Source: Escherichia coli
Lineage (GTDB): Bacteria > Pseudomonadota > Gammaproteobacteria > Enterobacterales > Enterobacteriaceae
NCBI RefSeq assembly: GCF_009931435.1
Contig: NZ_CP043414.1
Length of the DNA stretch: 64,000 nt
Strand: one strand, 5' to 3'
This document shows positions 13,155-28,118 of the stretch, piece after piece. Each line of letters starts with the position of its first letter. Positions within the stretch are counted from its first letter, which is position 1. The notes under the pieces were generated by a model, which was not told the DNA's origin, did not search any database, and saw only the letters and a program-made list of their open reading frames with translations. Position numbers and translations under genes: made by a program.

Positions 13155-13937
13155 ATGTTGGAATCAAGCAAAGTTCCCGCCCTGACACGGGCTATTGATA
13201 TTCTCAATTTGATTGCCCGCATTGGCCCCTGTAGTGCTGCGACGATCATTGACACATTGGGGATCCCTAAAAGCACGGCCTATTTGCTGCTTAATGAACT
13301 CAGGCGTCAGCGTTTTCTTAGCCTTGATCACCAGGAAAATTTTTGTTTGTGGACCAAGCTGGTGGAGCTTTCCGGTCATGCGTTAAGCAAGATGGATCTC
13401 CGGGAACTGGCTCGACCGCGTTTGACGCAACTGATGGATACCACCGGGCTGTTATGTCACCTGGGGATTATTGATAACGGCAGCGCTTATTACATTTTGA
13501 AAGTGGAGTCATCAGCCACTATCAGCGTGCGTTCCCATGAAGGAAAAAGCCTTTCGCTTTATCGCTCCGGAATAGGTAAATGCCTGCTAGCCTGGCAACC
13601 TGCATCTGTACAGCAAAGTATTATCGAAGGGCTGGTCTGGGAGCAGGTGACACCCACAACGATTACTCATCCACAGCAACTTCACGAAGAACTGGCGCGT
13701 ATTCGCCGTCAGGGCTGGAGCTATGACAATGGCGAAGATTACGCCGATGTCCGTTGTGTTGCTGCGCCGGTGTTTAACGCCAATAACGAGCTTACCGCTG
13801 CGATCTCGGTGGTCGGTACCCGCTTACAAATCAATGAAGAATACCGTGATTATCTGGCGGGCAAGGCCATTGCCTGCGCCAGGGATATTTCACGTCTGTT
13901 GGGATGGAAAAGTCCCTTTGACTTACAGGCCTCATAA
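13155..13937 (+). CDS. rhmR: IclR-family regulator of L-rhamnonate utilisation (260 aa)
   Basis: 260-aa ORF with N-terminal helix-turn-helix and IclR effector domain; first gene of the rhm cluster. Confidence 0.9.
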   Translation: MLESSKVPALTRAIDILNLIARIGPCSAATIIDTLGIPKSTAYLLLNELRRQRFLSLDHQENFCLWTKLVELSGHALSKMDLRELARPRLTQLMDTTGLLCHLGIIDNGSAYYILKVESSATISVRSHEGKSLSLYRSGIGKCLLAWQPASVQQSIIEGLVWEQVTPTTITHPQQLHEELARIRRQGWSYDNGEDYADVRCVAAPVFNANNELTAAISVVGTRLQINEEYRDYLAGKAIACARDISRLLGWKSPFDLQAS

Positions 13938-13951
13938 CAATGGAGAACAGC

Positions 13952-15157
13952 ATGACCCTACCAAAAATCAAACAGGTTCGCGCCTGGTTTACTGGCGGTG
14001 CGACAGCAGAAAAAGGCGCTGGCGGCGGTGATTATCACGACCAGGGGGCGAATCACTGGATTGACGATCATATTGCCACCCCGATGAGTAAATACCGCGA
14101 TTACGAGCAGTCACGCCAGTCATTTGGCATTAACGTTCTTGGCACGTTGATTATTGAAGTCGAAGCAGAAAACGGCCAGACCGGATTCGCCGTTTCGACA
14201 GCCGGTGAAATGGGCTGTTTTATTGTCGAAAAACACCTTAACCGTTTCATTGAGGGTAAATGTGTCAGTGATATCAAACTGATCCACGATCAAATGCTCA
14301 ATGCCACCCTGTATTACTCCGGCTCTGGTGGCCTGGTGATGAATACGATTTCCTGTGTCGATCTGGCTCTGTGGGATCTGTTCGGCAAAGTGGTCGGGCT
14401 TCCGGTTTATAAACTTTTAGGCGGCGCAGTTCGTGATGAGATTCAGTTCTACGCCACAGGTGCGCGTCCGGATCTGGCAAAAGAGATGGGCTTTATCGGT
14501 GGCAAAATGCCGACGCACTGGGGGCCACATGATGGCGATGCGGGGATCCGCAAAGATGCCGCTATGGTCGCGGATATGCGTGAAAAATGCGGTGAGGATT
14601 TCTGGTTAATGCTCGACTGCTGGATGAGTCAGGACGTGAACTATGCCACCAAACTGGCCCACGCTTGCGCGCCCTATAACCTGAAATGGATCGAAGAGTG
14701 CCTGCCGCCACAGCAGTATGAAGGTTATCGTGAACTGAAACGCAACGCGCCAGTCGGAATGATGGTCACCAGCGGTGAGCATCACGGCACACTGCAATCT
14801 TTCCGTACGCTTTCAGAAACCGGTATCGACATTATGCAGCCGGATGTTGGCTGGTGCGGTGGCTTAACCACGCTGGTGGAAATTGCCGCAATCGCCAAAT
14901 CCAGAGGGCAACTGGTGGTGCCGCACGGTTCGTCTGTTTACTCTCACCATGCGGTGATCACCTTCACCAATACGCCATTCAGCGAATTCCTGATGACCAG
15001 CCCGGATTGTTCAACGATGCGTCCGCAATTTGATCCGATTCTGCTTAATGAGCCAGTGCCAGTGAATGGTCGTATTCATAAATCAGTGCTTGATAAACCC
15101 GGTTTCGGCGTCGAGCTCAATCGTGACTGCAATTTGAAACGCCCCTACAGCCACTAA
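13952..15157 (+). CDS. rhmD: L-rhamnonate dehydratase, enolase superfamily
   Basis: Start chosen at MTLPKIKQ, preceded by RBS GGAGA; enolase-superfamily motifs. Confidence 0.9.
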   Translation: MTLPKIKQVRAWFTGGATAEKGAGGGDYHDQGANHWIDDHIATPMSKYRDYEQSRQSFGINVLGTLIIEVEAENGQTGFAVSTAGEMGCFIVEKHLNRFIEGKCVSDIKLIHDQMLNATLYYSGSGGLVMNTISCVDLALWDLFGKVVGLPVYKLLGGAVRDEIQFYATGARPDLAKEMGFIGGKMPTHWGPHDGDAGIRKDAAMVADMREKCGEDFWLMLDCWMSQDVNYATKLAHACAPYNLKWIEECLPPQQYEGYRELKRNAPVGMMVTSGEHHGTLQSFRTLSETGIDIMQPDVGWCGGLTTLVEIAAIAKSRGQLVVPHGSSVYSHHAVITFTNTPFSEFLMTSPDCSTMRPQFDPILLNEPVPVNGRIHKSVLDKPGFGVELNRDCNLKRPYSH

Positions 15158-15213
15158 TCATTCCGGGCGTTGCTGTGACAACGGTAACGCCCACATATTT
15201 TAAGGAGCTTTTT

Positions 15214-16503
15214 ATGAGCACCGCTTTGCTTGACGCCGTGGTGAAGAAAAACCGTGCGCGTTTAATTCCGTTTATGTTGGCGCTGTATGTGCTGGCGTTT
15301 CTCGACCGTTCGAATATCGGTTTTGCCAAACAGACCTACCAGATTGATACCGGGCTGAGTAATGAAGCTTATGCGCTGGGAGCAGGCATTTTTTTTGTGG
15401 TATATGCGTTTCTGGGTGTTCCGGCGAATCTTTTGATGCGCAAACTGGGGGCAAGAACCTGGATTGGTACGACAACACTGCTGTGGGGATTTCTTTCGGC
15501 AGCCATGGCATGGGCCGATACTGAAGCGAAATTTCTGATCGTTCGCACTCTGCTTGGTGCTGCGGAGGCCGGGTTCTTCCCTGGTATGATTTATCTCACC
15601 TCGCAATGGTTTCCGCAGCGTAATCGCGCCAGCATTATGGGGCTGTTCTATATGGGCGCACCGTTGGCGTTAACACTGGGATCACCGCTTTCCGGCGCGC
15701 TGCTGGAGATGCATGGATTTATGGGGCATCCCGGCTGGTTCTGGATGTTTGTGATTGAAGGATTGCTGGCAGTCGGCGCTGGTGTATTCACATTCTTTTG
15801 GCTTGATGACACGCCAGAGCAGGCTCGTTTTCTGAGTAAAGAAGAAAAAACGTTGCTTATCAACCAACTGGCAAGTGAAGAACAACAGAAAGTGACTTCT
15901 CGACTGAGCGATGCGCTGCGTAATGGGCGAGTCTGGCAACTGGCGATTATCTACCTGACCATTCAGGTGGCGGTTTACGGATTAATTTTCTTCCTGCCGA
16001 CGCAGGTTGCTGCATTGTTGGGGACAAAAGTGGGCTTTACGGCGTCGGTGGTCACCGCCATTCCGTGGGTCGCGGCCTTGTTTGGGACCTGGCTTATTCC
16101 GCGCTATTCCGATAAAACCGGCGAACGGCGTAATGTCGCGGCGCTGACATTACTGGCGGCGGGCATTGGTATTGGTCTCTCCGGGCTGCTTTCTCCAGTA
16201 CTGGCGATCGTAGCGCTGTGTGTTGCAGCCATCGGGTTTATTGCCGTGCAGCCGGTGTTCTGGACGATGCCGACACAACTGCTTTCCGGTACGGCGCTGG
16301 CGGCGGGGATTGGTTTTGTAAACCTGTTTGGTGCAGTGGGCGGGTTTATTGCCCCGATCCTGCGCGTGAAAGCAGAAACGTTGTTTGCCAGCGATGCGGC
16401 TGGATTACTGACGCTGGCAGCGGTGGCGGTCATCGGTTCGCTGATTATTTTCACTCTGCGTGTAAATCGCACTGTTGCGCAGACCGACGTGGCACATCAT
16501 TAA
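15214..16503 (+). CDS. rhmT: MFS transporter, putative L-rhamnonate transporter (429 aa)
   Basis: Start at [10 protein letters not shown] with RBS AAGGAG; multiple transmembrane helices of MFS type. Confidence 0.9.
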   Translation: MSTALLDAVVKKNRARLIPFMLALYVLAFLDRSNIGFAKQTYQIDTGLSNEAYALGAGIFFVVYAFLGVPANLLMRKLGARTWIGTTTLLWGFLSAAMAWADTEAKFLIVRTLLGAAEAGFFPGMIYLTSQWFPQRNRASIMGLFYMGAPLALTLGSPLSGALLEMHGFMGHPGWFWMFVIEGLLAVGAGVFTFFWLDDTPEQARFLSKEEKTLLINQLASEEQQKVTSRLSDALRNGRVWQLAIIYLTIQVAVYGLIFFLPTQVAALLGTKVGFTASVVTAIPWVAALFGTWLIPRYSDKTGERRNVAALTLLAAGIGIGLSGLLSPVLAIVALCVAAIGFIAVQPVFWTMPTQLLSGTALAAGIGFVNLFGAVGGFIAPILRVKAETLFASDAAGLLTLAAVAVIGSLIIFTLRVNRTVAQTDVAHH

Positions 16504-16519
16504 TAGGTTAAGGAACACC

Positions 16520-17323
16520 ATGAACGCATTATTAACCAATCCCTTTAAAGAACGTTTACGCAAGGGCGAAGTGCAAATTGGTCTGTGGTTAAGCTCGACT
16601 ACTTCTTATATGGCAGAAATTGCCGCCACCTCCGGTTATGACTGGTTGCTGATTGACGGGGAGCACGCGCCAAACACCATTCAGGATCTTTATCACCAGC
16701 TACAGGCGGTAGCGCCCTATGCCAGCCAACCCGTGATCCGTCCGGTGGAAGCCAGTAAGTCGCTGATTAAACAAGTCCTGGATATTGGCGCGCAAACTCT
16801 ACTGATCCCGATGGTCGATACTGCCGATCAGGCACGTCAGGTGGTGTCTGCCACGCGCTATCCTCCCTACGGTGAGCGTGGTGTCGGGGCCAGTGTGGCA
16901 CGGGCTGCGCGCTGGGGACGCATTGAGAATTACATGGCGCAAGTCAACGATTCGCTTTGTCTGTTGGTGCAGGTGGAAAGTAAAACAGCACTGGATAACC
17001 TGGACGAAATCCTCGACGTCGAAGGGATTGACGGCGTGTTTATTGGACCTGCGGATCTTTCTGCCTCGTTGGGCTACCCGGATAACGCCGGGCACCCGGA
17101 AGTGCAGCGAATTATTGAAACCAGTATTCGGCGGATCCGTGCTGCGGGTAAAGCGGCTGGTTTTCTGGCTGTGGCTCCTGATATGGCGCAGCAATGCCTG
17201 GCATGGGGAGCGAACTTTGTCGCTGTTGGCGTTGACACGATGCTCTACAGCGATGCCCTGGATCAACGACTGGCGATGTTTAAATCAGGCAAAAATGAGC
17301 CACGCATAAAAGGTAGTTATTGA
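16520..17323 (+). CDS. rhmA: 2-keto-3-deoxy-L-rhamnonate aldolase (267 aa)
   Basis: Start at MNALLTNPF with RBS AAGGA; HpcH/HpaI aldolase family. Confidence 0.9.
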   Translation: MNALLTNPFKERLRKGEVQIGLWLSSTTSYMAEIAATSGYDWLLIDGEHAPNTIQDLYHQLQAVAPYASQPVIRPVEASKSLIKQVLDIGAQTLLIPMVDTADQARQVVSATRYPPYGERGVGASVARAARWGRIENYMAQVNDSLCLLVQVESKTALDNLDEILDVEGIDGVFIGPADLSASLGYPDNAGHPEVQRIIETSIRRIRAAGKAAGFLAVAPDMAQQCLAWGANFVAVGVDTMLYSDALDQRLAMFKSGKNEPRIKGSY

Positions 17324-17330
17324 TATCAAA

Positions 17331-17366
17331 GGCCCACGGGGAATTGCATGTGGGCCTGTGTTTATT
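17331..17366. terminator. Bidirectional intrinsic terminator between convergent rhmA and rpnB
   Basis: GGCCCAC-N12-GTGGGCC perfect stem followed by TGTGTTTATT; sits in the 41-nt gap between the two stop codons. Confidence 0.6.
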
Positions 17367-18267
17367 AGTGGTTATTGGCTGCAAGATCGGCTTCGCTTAG
17401 CTGGATGGCTGCGAGCACCTGGTCACGATCAATGCCCTGTTCCAGCATGCGCAAGGCAATTTTAATGGCTTGTTCATGCATGCCTTCCTGCCAGCCAATT
17501 TGATGCCCTTCCTGCCGTAGCCGTTCAGCAATAGTCATCAATCTCTCCTTTTGTAGTGGTGAACGTTCGGCAATCTCCTCAATAAAACGGGTGAAACGGG
17601 AGGTATCGCCGCATTGCAGCAGATAATTAAACAGCGTTTGTAGCTGGCTGTCATTAGTGAAGCCTCTAACCAAAAGCGTGGTGATCCTGTCGACCATACC
17701 GATTAAATCGCGGTCGCGAATATGCTTTTGAATCAGTTCCAGCAGAGCTATACGCCGATGTTGCATGATCTCATCGTCAGGCACGATGGTGATATCCACC
17801 AACGGAAAAGCTTCGGTGTACAACTGCCGGGCAAGTTGCGGATCATCAAACTCATCCAGCCAGTTAAGTGAGTATGGGTAGGGCGAGGTTTCGCCGTGAT
17901 AAAACAGCAACGGCACCACCAGAGGGACTCTGTCATAGCCTTTGTCCAGGTGACGCTGCATGGCGGCGGTGGCATAGCGCATTAGCCGAAAAGCCATATT
18001 CTTTTCTGCGGAACTTTGATGTTCAATCACGCAGTAGATATAGCCGTCACCATCGCTGGTTTCCACCGACCACAAAACATCCGAGTAGTAAGCGCGTAAA
18101 CTTTTTTCAATAAAGCTGGTGGGTTCCAGGCGTAAGGTTTGCAGGTTGCAAAGTTTACGCAGTGGCTCCGGTAGATGTATTTCGAGAAAATCCCGCGCGG
18201 TTTCGGGCGAGAACATAAAGGTTTTAAACACCGCATCATGCGGGGAGGAGGTTGTTGATTCGGTCAT
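17365..18267 (-). CDS. rpnB: Rpn-family recombination-promoting nuclease, PD-(D/E)XK / transposase_31-like (300 aa)
   Basis: 300-aa ORF ([19 protein letters not shown]...) at the position of yfaD between glpC and rhmA; equating yfaD with rpnB is from memory. Confidence 0.8.
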   Translation of the reverse strand: MTESTTSSPHDAVFKTFMFSPETARDFLEIHLPEPLRKLCNLQTLRLEPTSFIEKSLRAYYSDVLWSVETSDGDGYIYCVIEHQSSAEKNMAFRLMRYATAAMQRHLDKGYDRVPLVVPLLFYHGETSPYPYSLNWLDEFDDPQLARQLYTEAFPLVDITIVPDDEIMQHRRIALLELIQKHIRDRDLIGMVDRITTLLVRGFTNDSQLQTLFNYLLQCGDTSRFTRFIEEIAERSPLQKERLMTIAERLRQEGHQIGWQEGMHEQAIKIALRMLEQGIDRDQVLAAIQLSEADLAANNH

Positions 18268-18414
18268 GGTTGTCCGTCACCTGATATTTATGATGACGCG
18301 ACATTACGGGGATCTCGAAACAATGACATCTGCCAGTTTCTGCCTTTGCGAGACGTTTTCAGAAGAATTTTCAAAGCGATGCAACGCATACATTGAGCGA
18401 GGAATCGCGCCCGC

Positions 18415-18449
18415 AAAAATGCCCGATAAGCAATGCGCTTACCGGGCAT
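18415..18449 (-). terminator. Intrinsic terminator downstream of glpC
   Basis: On the minus strand: ATGCCCGGTAAGCGCATTGCTTATCGGGCAT followed by TTTTT. Confidence 0.55.
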
Positions 18450-18460
18450 CACAAGGAAGA

Positions 18461-22525
<4,065 letters not shown>

Positions 22526-22798
22526 TGTTATCCCTCTGAAGTTCGTTTTTTTACCATTTAGCCATAGTAAAAACATGAATTGTTTGATTTCGCGCATATT
22601 CGCTCATAATTCGAAAGTGAAACGTGATTTCATGCGTCATTTTGAACATTCTGTAAATCTTATTTAATAATGTGTGCGGCAATTCACATTTAATTTCTGA
22701 ATGTTTTCTTAACATCGCGGCAACTCAAGAAACGGCAGGTTCTCCCACTGAATCAGGCTGTTAATCATAAATAAGACCACGGGCCACGGAGGCTTTCA
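22526..22798. promoter_or_regulatory. Divergent glpTQ / glpABC control region
   Basis: 273-bp AT-rich intergenic region between divergent operons; known in E. coli to carry GlpR operators and CRP/FNR sites. Individual sites were not mapped here. Confidence 0.6.
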
Positions 22799-24157
22799 AT
22801 GTTGAGTATTTTTAAACCGGCGCCACACAAAGCGCGCTTACCTGCCGCGGAGATCGATCCGACTTATCGTCGATTGCGCTGGCAAATTTTCCTGGGGATA
22901 TTCTTTGGCTATGCTGCTTACTATTTGGTTCGTAAGAACTTTGCGCTCGCTATGCCTTACCTGGTGGAGCAGGGATTCTCACGCGGTGATTTAGGTTTCG
23001 CGCTTTCTGGGATCTCGATCGCCTATGGATTTTCGAAATTCATCATGGGTTCGGTGTCGGATCGCTCGAATCCGCGCGTTTTCCTCCCCGCAGGTTTGAT
23101 TCTGGCGGCGGCAGTGATGCTGTTTATGGGCTTTGTGCCATGGGCGACATCGAGCATTGCGGTAATGTTTGTACTGTTGTTCCTCTGCGGCTGGTTCCAG
23201 GGGATGGGGTGGCCGCCGTGTGGTCGTACTATGGTGCACTGGTGGTCGCAGAAAGAACGTGGCGGCATTGTGTCGGTGTGGAACTGTGCGCACAACGTCG
23301 GTGGTGGTATTCCGCCGCTGCTGTTCCTGCTGGGGATGGCCTGGTTCAATGACTGGCACGCGGCCCTCTATATGCCCGCTTTCTGCGCCATTCTGGTGGC
23401 ACTATTCGCCTTTGCGATGATGCGCGATACCCCACAATCCTGTGGCTTGCCGCCGATCGAAGAGTACAAAAACGATTATCCGGACGACTATAACGAAAAA
23501 GCGGAACAGGAGCTGACCGCAAAGCAAATTTTCATGCAGTACGTGCTGCCGAACAAACTGCTGTGGTACATCGCCATCGCCAACGTGTTCGTTTATCTGC
23601 TGCGTTACGGCATCCTCGACTGGTCACCGACCTACCTGAAAGAAGTTAAGCATTTCGCGCTGGATAAATCCTCCTGGGCCTACTTCCTTTATGAATATGC
23701 GGGCATTCCGGGCACCCTGTTATGCGGCTGGATGTCGGATAAAGTCTTCCGCGGTAACCGTGGGGCAACCGGCGTCTTCTTTATGACACTGGTGACCATC
23801 GCAACTATCGTTTACTGGATGAACCCGGCGGGCAATCCCAACGTCGATATGATTTGTATGATTGTCATCGGCTTCTTGATCTACGGTCCTGTGATGTTGA
23901 TCGGTCTGCATGCGCTGGAACTGGCACCGAAAAAAGCGGCAGGTACGGCAGCGGGCTTTACCGGTCTGTTTGGTTACCTGGGCGGTTCGGTGGCGGCGAG
24001 CGCGATTGTTGGTTACACCGTGGACTTCTTCGGCTGGGATGGCGGTTTTATGGTAATGATTGGCGGCAGCATCCTGGCGGTTATCCTGTTGATAGTTGTG
24101 ATGATTGGCGAAAAACGTCGCCATCAGGAATTACTGCAAAAACGCAATGGAGGCTAA
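22799..24157 (+). CDS. glpT: glycerol-3-phosphate:phosphate antiporter (452 aa)
   Basis: 452-aa [35 protein letters not shown]... Confidence 0.95.
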   Translation: MLSIFKPAPHKARLPAAEIDPTYRRLRWQIFLGIFFGYAAYYLVRKNFALAMPYLVEQGFSRGDLGFALSGISIAYGFSKFIMGSVSDRSNPRVFLPAGLILAAAVMLFMGFVPWATSSIAVMFVLLFLCGWFQGMGWPPCGRTMVHWWSQKERGGIVSVWNCAHNVGGGIPPLLFLLGMAWFNDWHAALYMPAFCAILVALFAFAMMRDTPQSCGLPPIEEYKNDYPDDYNEKAEQELTAKQIFMQYVLPNKLLWYIAIANVFVYLLRYGILDWSPTYLKEVKHFALDKSSWAYFLYEYAGIPGTLLCGWMSDKVFRGNRGATGVFFMTLVTIATIVYWMNPAGNPNVDMICMIVIGFLIYGPVMLIGLHALELAPKKAAGTAAGFTGLFGYLGGSVAASAIVGYTVDFFGWDGGFMVMIGGSILAVILLIVVMIGEKRRHQELLQKRNGG

Positions 24158-24161
24158 TGGC

Positions 24162-25238
24162 ATGAAATTGACGCTGAAAAACCTTAGCATGGCGATCATG
24201 ATGAGTGGAATGATCATGGGAAGCAGTGCAATGGCGGCGGATAGCAACGAAAAAATAGTCATCGCCCATCGCGGTGCCAGTGGATATTTACCGGAGCATA
24301 CGCTGCCAGCAAAAGCGATGGCGTATGCGCAGGGGGCAGATTATCTGGAACAGGATTTGGTGATGACCAAAGACGACCATCTGGTTGTTCTGCATGACCA
24401 TTATCTCGATCGTGTTACTGATGTCGCCGATCGTTTCCCGGACAGGGCGCGTAAAGATGGCCGTTACTACGCGATAGATTTTACGCTGGATGAAATTAAG
24501 TCGCTGAAATTTACCGAAGGTTTCGATATTGAAAACGGTAAAAAAGTGCAGACTTATCCGGGGCGTTTCCCGATGGGTAAGTCTGACTTCCGGGTGCACA
24601 CCTTTGAAGAAGAGATTGAATTTGTTCAGGGGTTAAATCACTCTACCGGGAAAAATATCGGTATCTATCCAGAAATTAAAGCGCCGTGGTTCCATCATCA
24701 GGAAGGGAAGGATATTGCGGCAAAAACGCTGGAAGTGCTGAAGAAATATGGTTACACCGGCAAGGACGACAAAGTTTATTTGCAATGTTTTGATGTTGAT
24801 GAACTGAAGCGCATTAAAAATGAGCTGGAACCCAAAATGGGCATGGACCTCAATCTGGTACAGTTGATTGCCTATACCGACTGGAATGAAACGCAGCAGA
24901 AACAGCCGGACGGAAGCTGGGTTAATTACAGCTATGACTGGATGTTCAAGCCGGGCGCTATGAAACAGGTAGCGGAATATGCTGATGGCATTGGTCCGGA
25001 TTACCATATGGTGATTGAGGAGACATCGCAGCCGGGTAATATCAAGCTTACCGGAATGGTAAAAGATGCACAGCAGAATAAGCTGGTGGTGCATCCTTAT
25101 ACCGTGCGGGTCGACAAGCTGCCGGAATATGCCACCGATGTGAATCAGTTGTATGATGCTCTGTATAACAAAGCGGGTGTAAATGGGCTGTTTACTGATT
25201 TCCCTGATAAGGCAGTAAAATTCCTTAATAAAGAGTAA
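24162..25238 (+). CDS. glpQ: periplasmic glycerophosphodiester phosphodiesterase (358 aa)
   Basis: Start at MKLTLKNLSMAIMM with RBS GGAGG; signal peptide followed by HRGASGYLPEHT motif. Confidence 0.95.
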   Translation: MKLTLKNLSMAIMMSGMIMGSSAMAADSNEKIVIAHRGASGYLPEHTLPAKAMAYAQGADYLEQDLVMTKDDHLVVLHDHYLDRVTDVADRFPDRARKDGRYYAIDFTLDEIKSLKFTEGFDIENGKKVQTYPGRFPMGKSDFRVHTFEEEIEFVQGLNHSTGKNIGIYPEIKAPWFHHQEGKDIAAKTLEVLKKYGYTGKDDKVYLQCFDVDELKRIKNELEPKMGMDLNLVQLIAYTDWNETQQKQPDGSWVNYSYDWMFKPGAMKQVAEYADGIGPDYHMVIEETSQPGNIKLTGMVKDAQQNKLVVHPYTVRVDKLPEYATDVNQLYDALYNKAGVNGLFTDFPDKAVKFLNKE

Positions 25239-25248
25239 TGCTACTGCA

Positions 25249-25270
25249 GGATGGCGTTTATGCGCCATCC
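25249..25270 (+). terminator. Hairpin downstream of glpQ
   Basis: GGATGGCG-TTTAT-GCGCCATCC perfect stem-loop 11 nt after the glpQ stop; no strong T-tract. It lies at the boundary of the AT-rich islet. Confidence 0.45.
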
Positions 25271-25457
25271 TCTGCTAAAGCGAAATAATGCTACTACCGG
25301 TTATTCTTTTCATTAACGGGTGCATCCTGTAAAAAGATGCCAACATAATTTTCGTAAAACTCATTCGTTAAAAAAGCTAACACTGTGCATTGTTATTCTT
25401 TAAACAGTATGAATAGGTCTCAATAATAAATTGTAATGCAGTTTATACTGTAAAGTA

Positions 25458-26528
25458 TTATTCGAATTTCGGAAAGGTAAAGAAAATATTAATGTATCTT
25501 ATTAATTTATCATATTGTTCTTGGGTGAATGCTGTTTGCACACCTTCAGGGCAATATTTACCAGTAATAACCAGTTGCCCATTGCTGTGTTGTACCATTA
25601 AACCTTCTTTTTCCTTTGGATCTACAAAATTAGAATTATCAAATGTGAAGATATTTTTTTCCTGTTTTGAGTAAGTAAAGAAATCTCGTGTATAGCTGAA
25701 ACTATCATTTATTAATGGTGCTAACTTTTTGTCGGCGATATCGATAAGCTCACCACTTAATTTATTGATGTATTTAATTTGCTTCAATTTTTTCTGCGCT
25801 TGCACAATTTGCTTGTAGGTGTTTTCAATTTTTTTAGAAGAATTCTTAAATACATCATAGCGTTCCTCGGAGGATGTGTATTTGTACCATTCTGTATTTT
25901 TCTCAGAATGTTGTAGCAGGTCTGTATATTTTTTTTGATCGCTGTAAAGTTGACTTTTAATACTTTCCTCACTGCTGATCTTATAATGTTTATCAGAGTT
26001 GTTTGTTTTTGAAATGTCCTTTTCTGTCAGTGTCTGGTCCGTGTTGTGGGTATTTTCTTTTGCAACATGCTCATTGATGATGTTAATTGCAGTTTCATAT
26101 TCATTTAAATTTATTGTTCTTTGTGAAAGAAACCCTTCTTTGCTTTCGATACTCAAAACACCTTCGTTGTTTTCACCTCTGGTAAAGGTAAGGATATAGG
26201 GTTCATAATCTTCTGCAAATTCATTTTTATACGTTATGACATGCTCGACAAAATGTCTTATTGGTACGAAACCATAACTGTGAACGTCAATTTTTTTGGT
26301 CTTGACACTATCAATTTCATCTGAGGCTTTCGTGAAAAAAGCCAATAAATTAGCTATGTTGTCTGCTGAGGTTGATAACCCGAATCTACTTTGAGATATT
26401 TTTAGAAACTCATTGCAAAAAATCTCAAGTTTCGCGGTTTGTTGTGATTCTTTGTAAATTTCTGCTGTTTGCAATTTATTATTTTGTAAAATATTACAGC
26501 GAGATAAGTGAATAGATGTATTTGGCAT
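25458..26528 (-). CDS. Hypothetical protein, AT-rich orphan ORF (356 aa from the RBS-supported start; 368 aa from the first ATG)
   Basis: Long uninterrupted ORF with about 30% GC in a roughly 51% GC chromosome; AAGGA Shine-Dalgarno 7 nt upstream of the ATG at 26528; no signal peptide or TM helix evident; Lys/Glu/Ser/Asn-rich central segment; no family recognised. Confidence 0.6.
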   Translation of the reverse strand: MPNTSIHLSRCNILQNNKLQTAEIYKESQQTAKLEIFCNEFLKISQSRFGLSTSADNIANLLAFFTKASDEIDSVKTKKIDVHSYGFVPIRHFVEHVITYKNEFAEDYEPYILTFTRGENNEGVLSIESKEGFLSQRTINLNEYETAINIINEHVAKENTHNTDQTLTEKDISKTNNSDKHYKISSEESIKSQLYSDQKKYTDLLQHSEKNTEWYKYTSSEERYDVFKNSSKKIENTYKQIVQAQKKLKQIKYINKLSGELIDIADKKLAPLINDSFSYTRDFFTYSKQEKNIFTFDNSNFVDPKEKEGLMVQHSNGQLVITGKYCPEGVQTAFTQEQYDKLIRYINIFFTFPKFE

Positions 26529-26993
26529 AAATGATTCCTTGTAGTGTGAGTTAACAAGATACAATTTAATCTTTGCAGAATATATTCACTATCAAATTTA
26601 GCTCATTTTATTACGAAGACCTTTACGCATGTTAGAAAGTATCATTATTGTTAATAAATACGGTAATAAGTAACAAACAGATATTGATAACTTCCCTGAC
26701 AAGTTATTAGGTATCCCACTTGAAGATTGAGAATGGCTCCAGAGTAGACTGTGTACTGTTCGCCGGAGTGTCATTACTCTCAACAATCGGTTTTGACAGT
26801 GAGTCGGGCGCTTCATACCGGTTTCTACCTGGAGTCATTGTCACTTCCCTAATCTGGATAAATATTTATCGCTAATTCACAAAGTGGACCAAAATCAGGT
26901 GAAAACGAATTATTACGCATGGTAAAGACTACAGGCCAACTAAGTGTGGCGAATCAGACAATCTTACATTTGTCATCAATCTCATGTCTCACA

Positions 26994-27212
26994 TCAAATT
27001 TTTCCACTCACCACGAGTTGTTCCGTACACGTTTGTAGTAAAAACAGTGGACTGCCTTCTACCGGCTTTTCTTTAGCCAACAACGAAATCTGTCGATAGA
27101 AGGTTGGTTCGTGAGGAACGGAACACAATTCACCTGCAATGGTTTTCAGCGTTAACTCTGGTAATAAGGCGATGCCTAATCCCTGTCGAATAAAATTCAT
27201 CGCTGTATCCAT
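26994..27212 (-). pseudogene. yfaH: LysR-family regulator C-terminal remnant
   Basis: 72-aa ORF resembling the C-terminal effector domain end of LysR regulators (MDTAMNFIRQGLGIALLPE...); no room for the N-terminal HTH before inaA. Confidence 0.6.
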
Positions 27213-27415
27213 CTGATTAAATTCACATTTTATTTGCTGGGCGCACTATTAGTGGTAGTGGCTGGTGGAGTCTATGCGCTGCAAATGAAGGGTAAAAGCG
27301 GTGTCGCGCTAGTAGTGGCAAAAGAAATTCATTAATACGACACGTTTCATTAAGATTTTTCGCAGGTAACCACCTATAGTCATTGTCGTTAATAAAAAAT
27401 GACAGGCGATAGGGT

Positions 27416-28066
27416 ATGGCAGTTTCAGCAAAGCACGATGAATTTAATCACTGGTGGGCAACAGAGGGCGACTGGGTTGAAGAGCCTAACTATCGCCGTA
27501 ATGGTATGAGCGGGGTGCAATGCGTCGAGCGCAACGGCAAAAAGCTGTATGTGAAGCGCATGACGCATCATCTGTTTCATTCCGTACGTTATCCGTTCGG
27601 TCGACCGACGATTGTCCGTGAGGTTGCGGTAATTAAAGAGCTGGAACGGGCTGGTGTCATTGTGCCGAAAATCGTTTTTGGTGAAGCGGTGAAAATTGAG
27701 GGTGAATGGCGCGCGTTGCTGGTGACGGAAGATATGGCGGGGTTCATAAGTATTGCTGACTGGTATGCCCAGCATGCAGTAACACCTTATTCTGACGATG
27801 TTCGGCAAGCCATGTTGAAAGCTGTGGCGATGGCGTTTAAGAAAATGCATAGCGTTAATCGTCAGCATGGCTGTTGTTACGTTCGCCACATCTATGTGAA
27901 AACAGAAGGTATGGTAGAAGCTGGTTTTCTTGATCTGGAGAAAAGTCGTCGCCGCTTACGTCGGCATAAAGCGATTAATCATGATTTCCGCCAGCTGGAA
28001 AAATATCTGGAGCCGATCCCTAAAGCGGACTGGGAGCAGGTTAAAGCGTATTACTACGCCATGTAA
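27416..28066 (+). CDS. inaA: kinase-like acid-inducible protein InaA (216 aa)
   Basis: 216-aa ORF MAVSAKHDEFNHWWATEGDW...; conserved position next to yfaE. Confidence 0.9.
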   Translation: MAVSAKHDEFNHWWATEGDWVEEPNYRRNGMSGVQCVERNGKKLYVKRMTHHLFHSVRYPFGRPTIVREVAVIKELERAGVIVPKIVFGEAVKIEGEWRALLVTEDMAGFISIADWYAQHAVTPYSDDVRQAMLKAVAMAFKKMHSVNRQHGCCYVRHIYVKTEGMVEAGFLDLEKSRRRLRRHKAINHDFRQLEKYLEPIPKADWEQVKAYYYAM

Positions 28067-28068
28067 TC

Positions 28069-28110
28069 ACGTAGGCCAGATAAGACGCGTAAGCGTCGCA
28101 TCTGGCACAA
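28069..28110. repeat. REP element (imperfect palindrome)
   Basis: GTAGGCCAGATAAGACGCG...CGCATCTGGCAC between convergent inaA and yfaE. Confidence 0.6.
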
Positions 28111-28118
28111 GTACCCGA

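Noticed and set aside
17365-18267. rpnB considered as a transposase or IS element
   Set aside because: The protein is transposase_31-like, but there are no terminal inverted repeats or target-site duplication and it sits in conserved synteny; it is treated as a domesticated Rpn nuclease gene.
26598-26816. 72-aa minus-strand ORF upstream of the orphan gene
   Set aside because: Low-complexity translation with no RBS and no recognisable features, in what is more likely the promoter/leader region of the orphan ORF.
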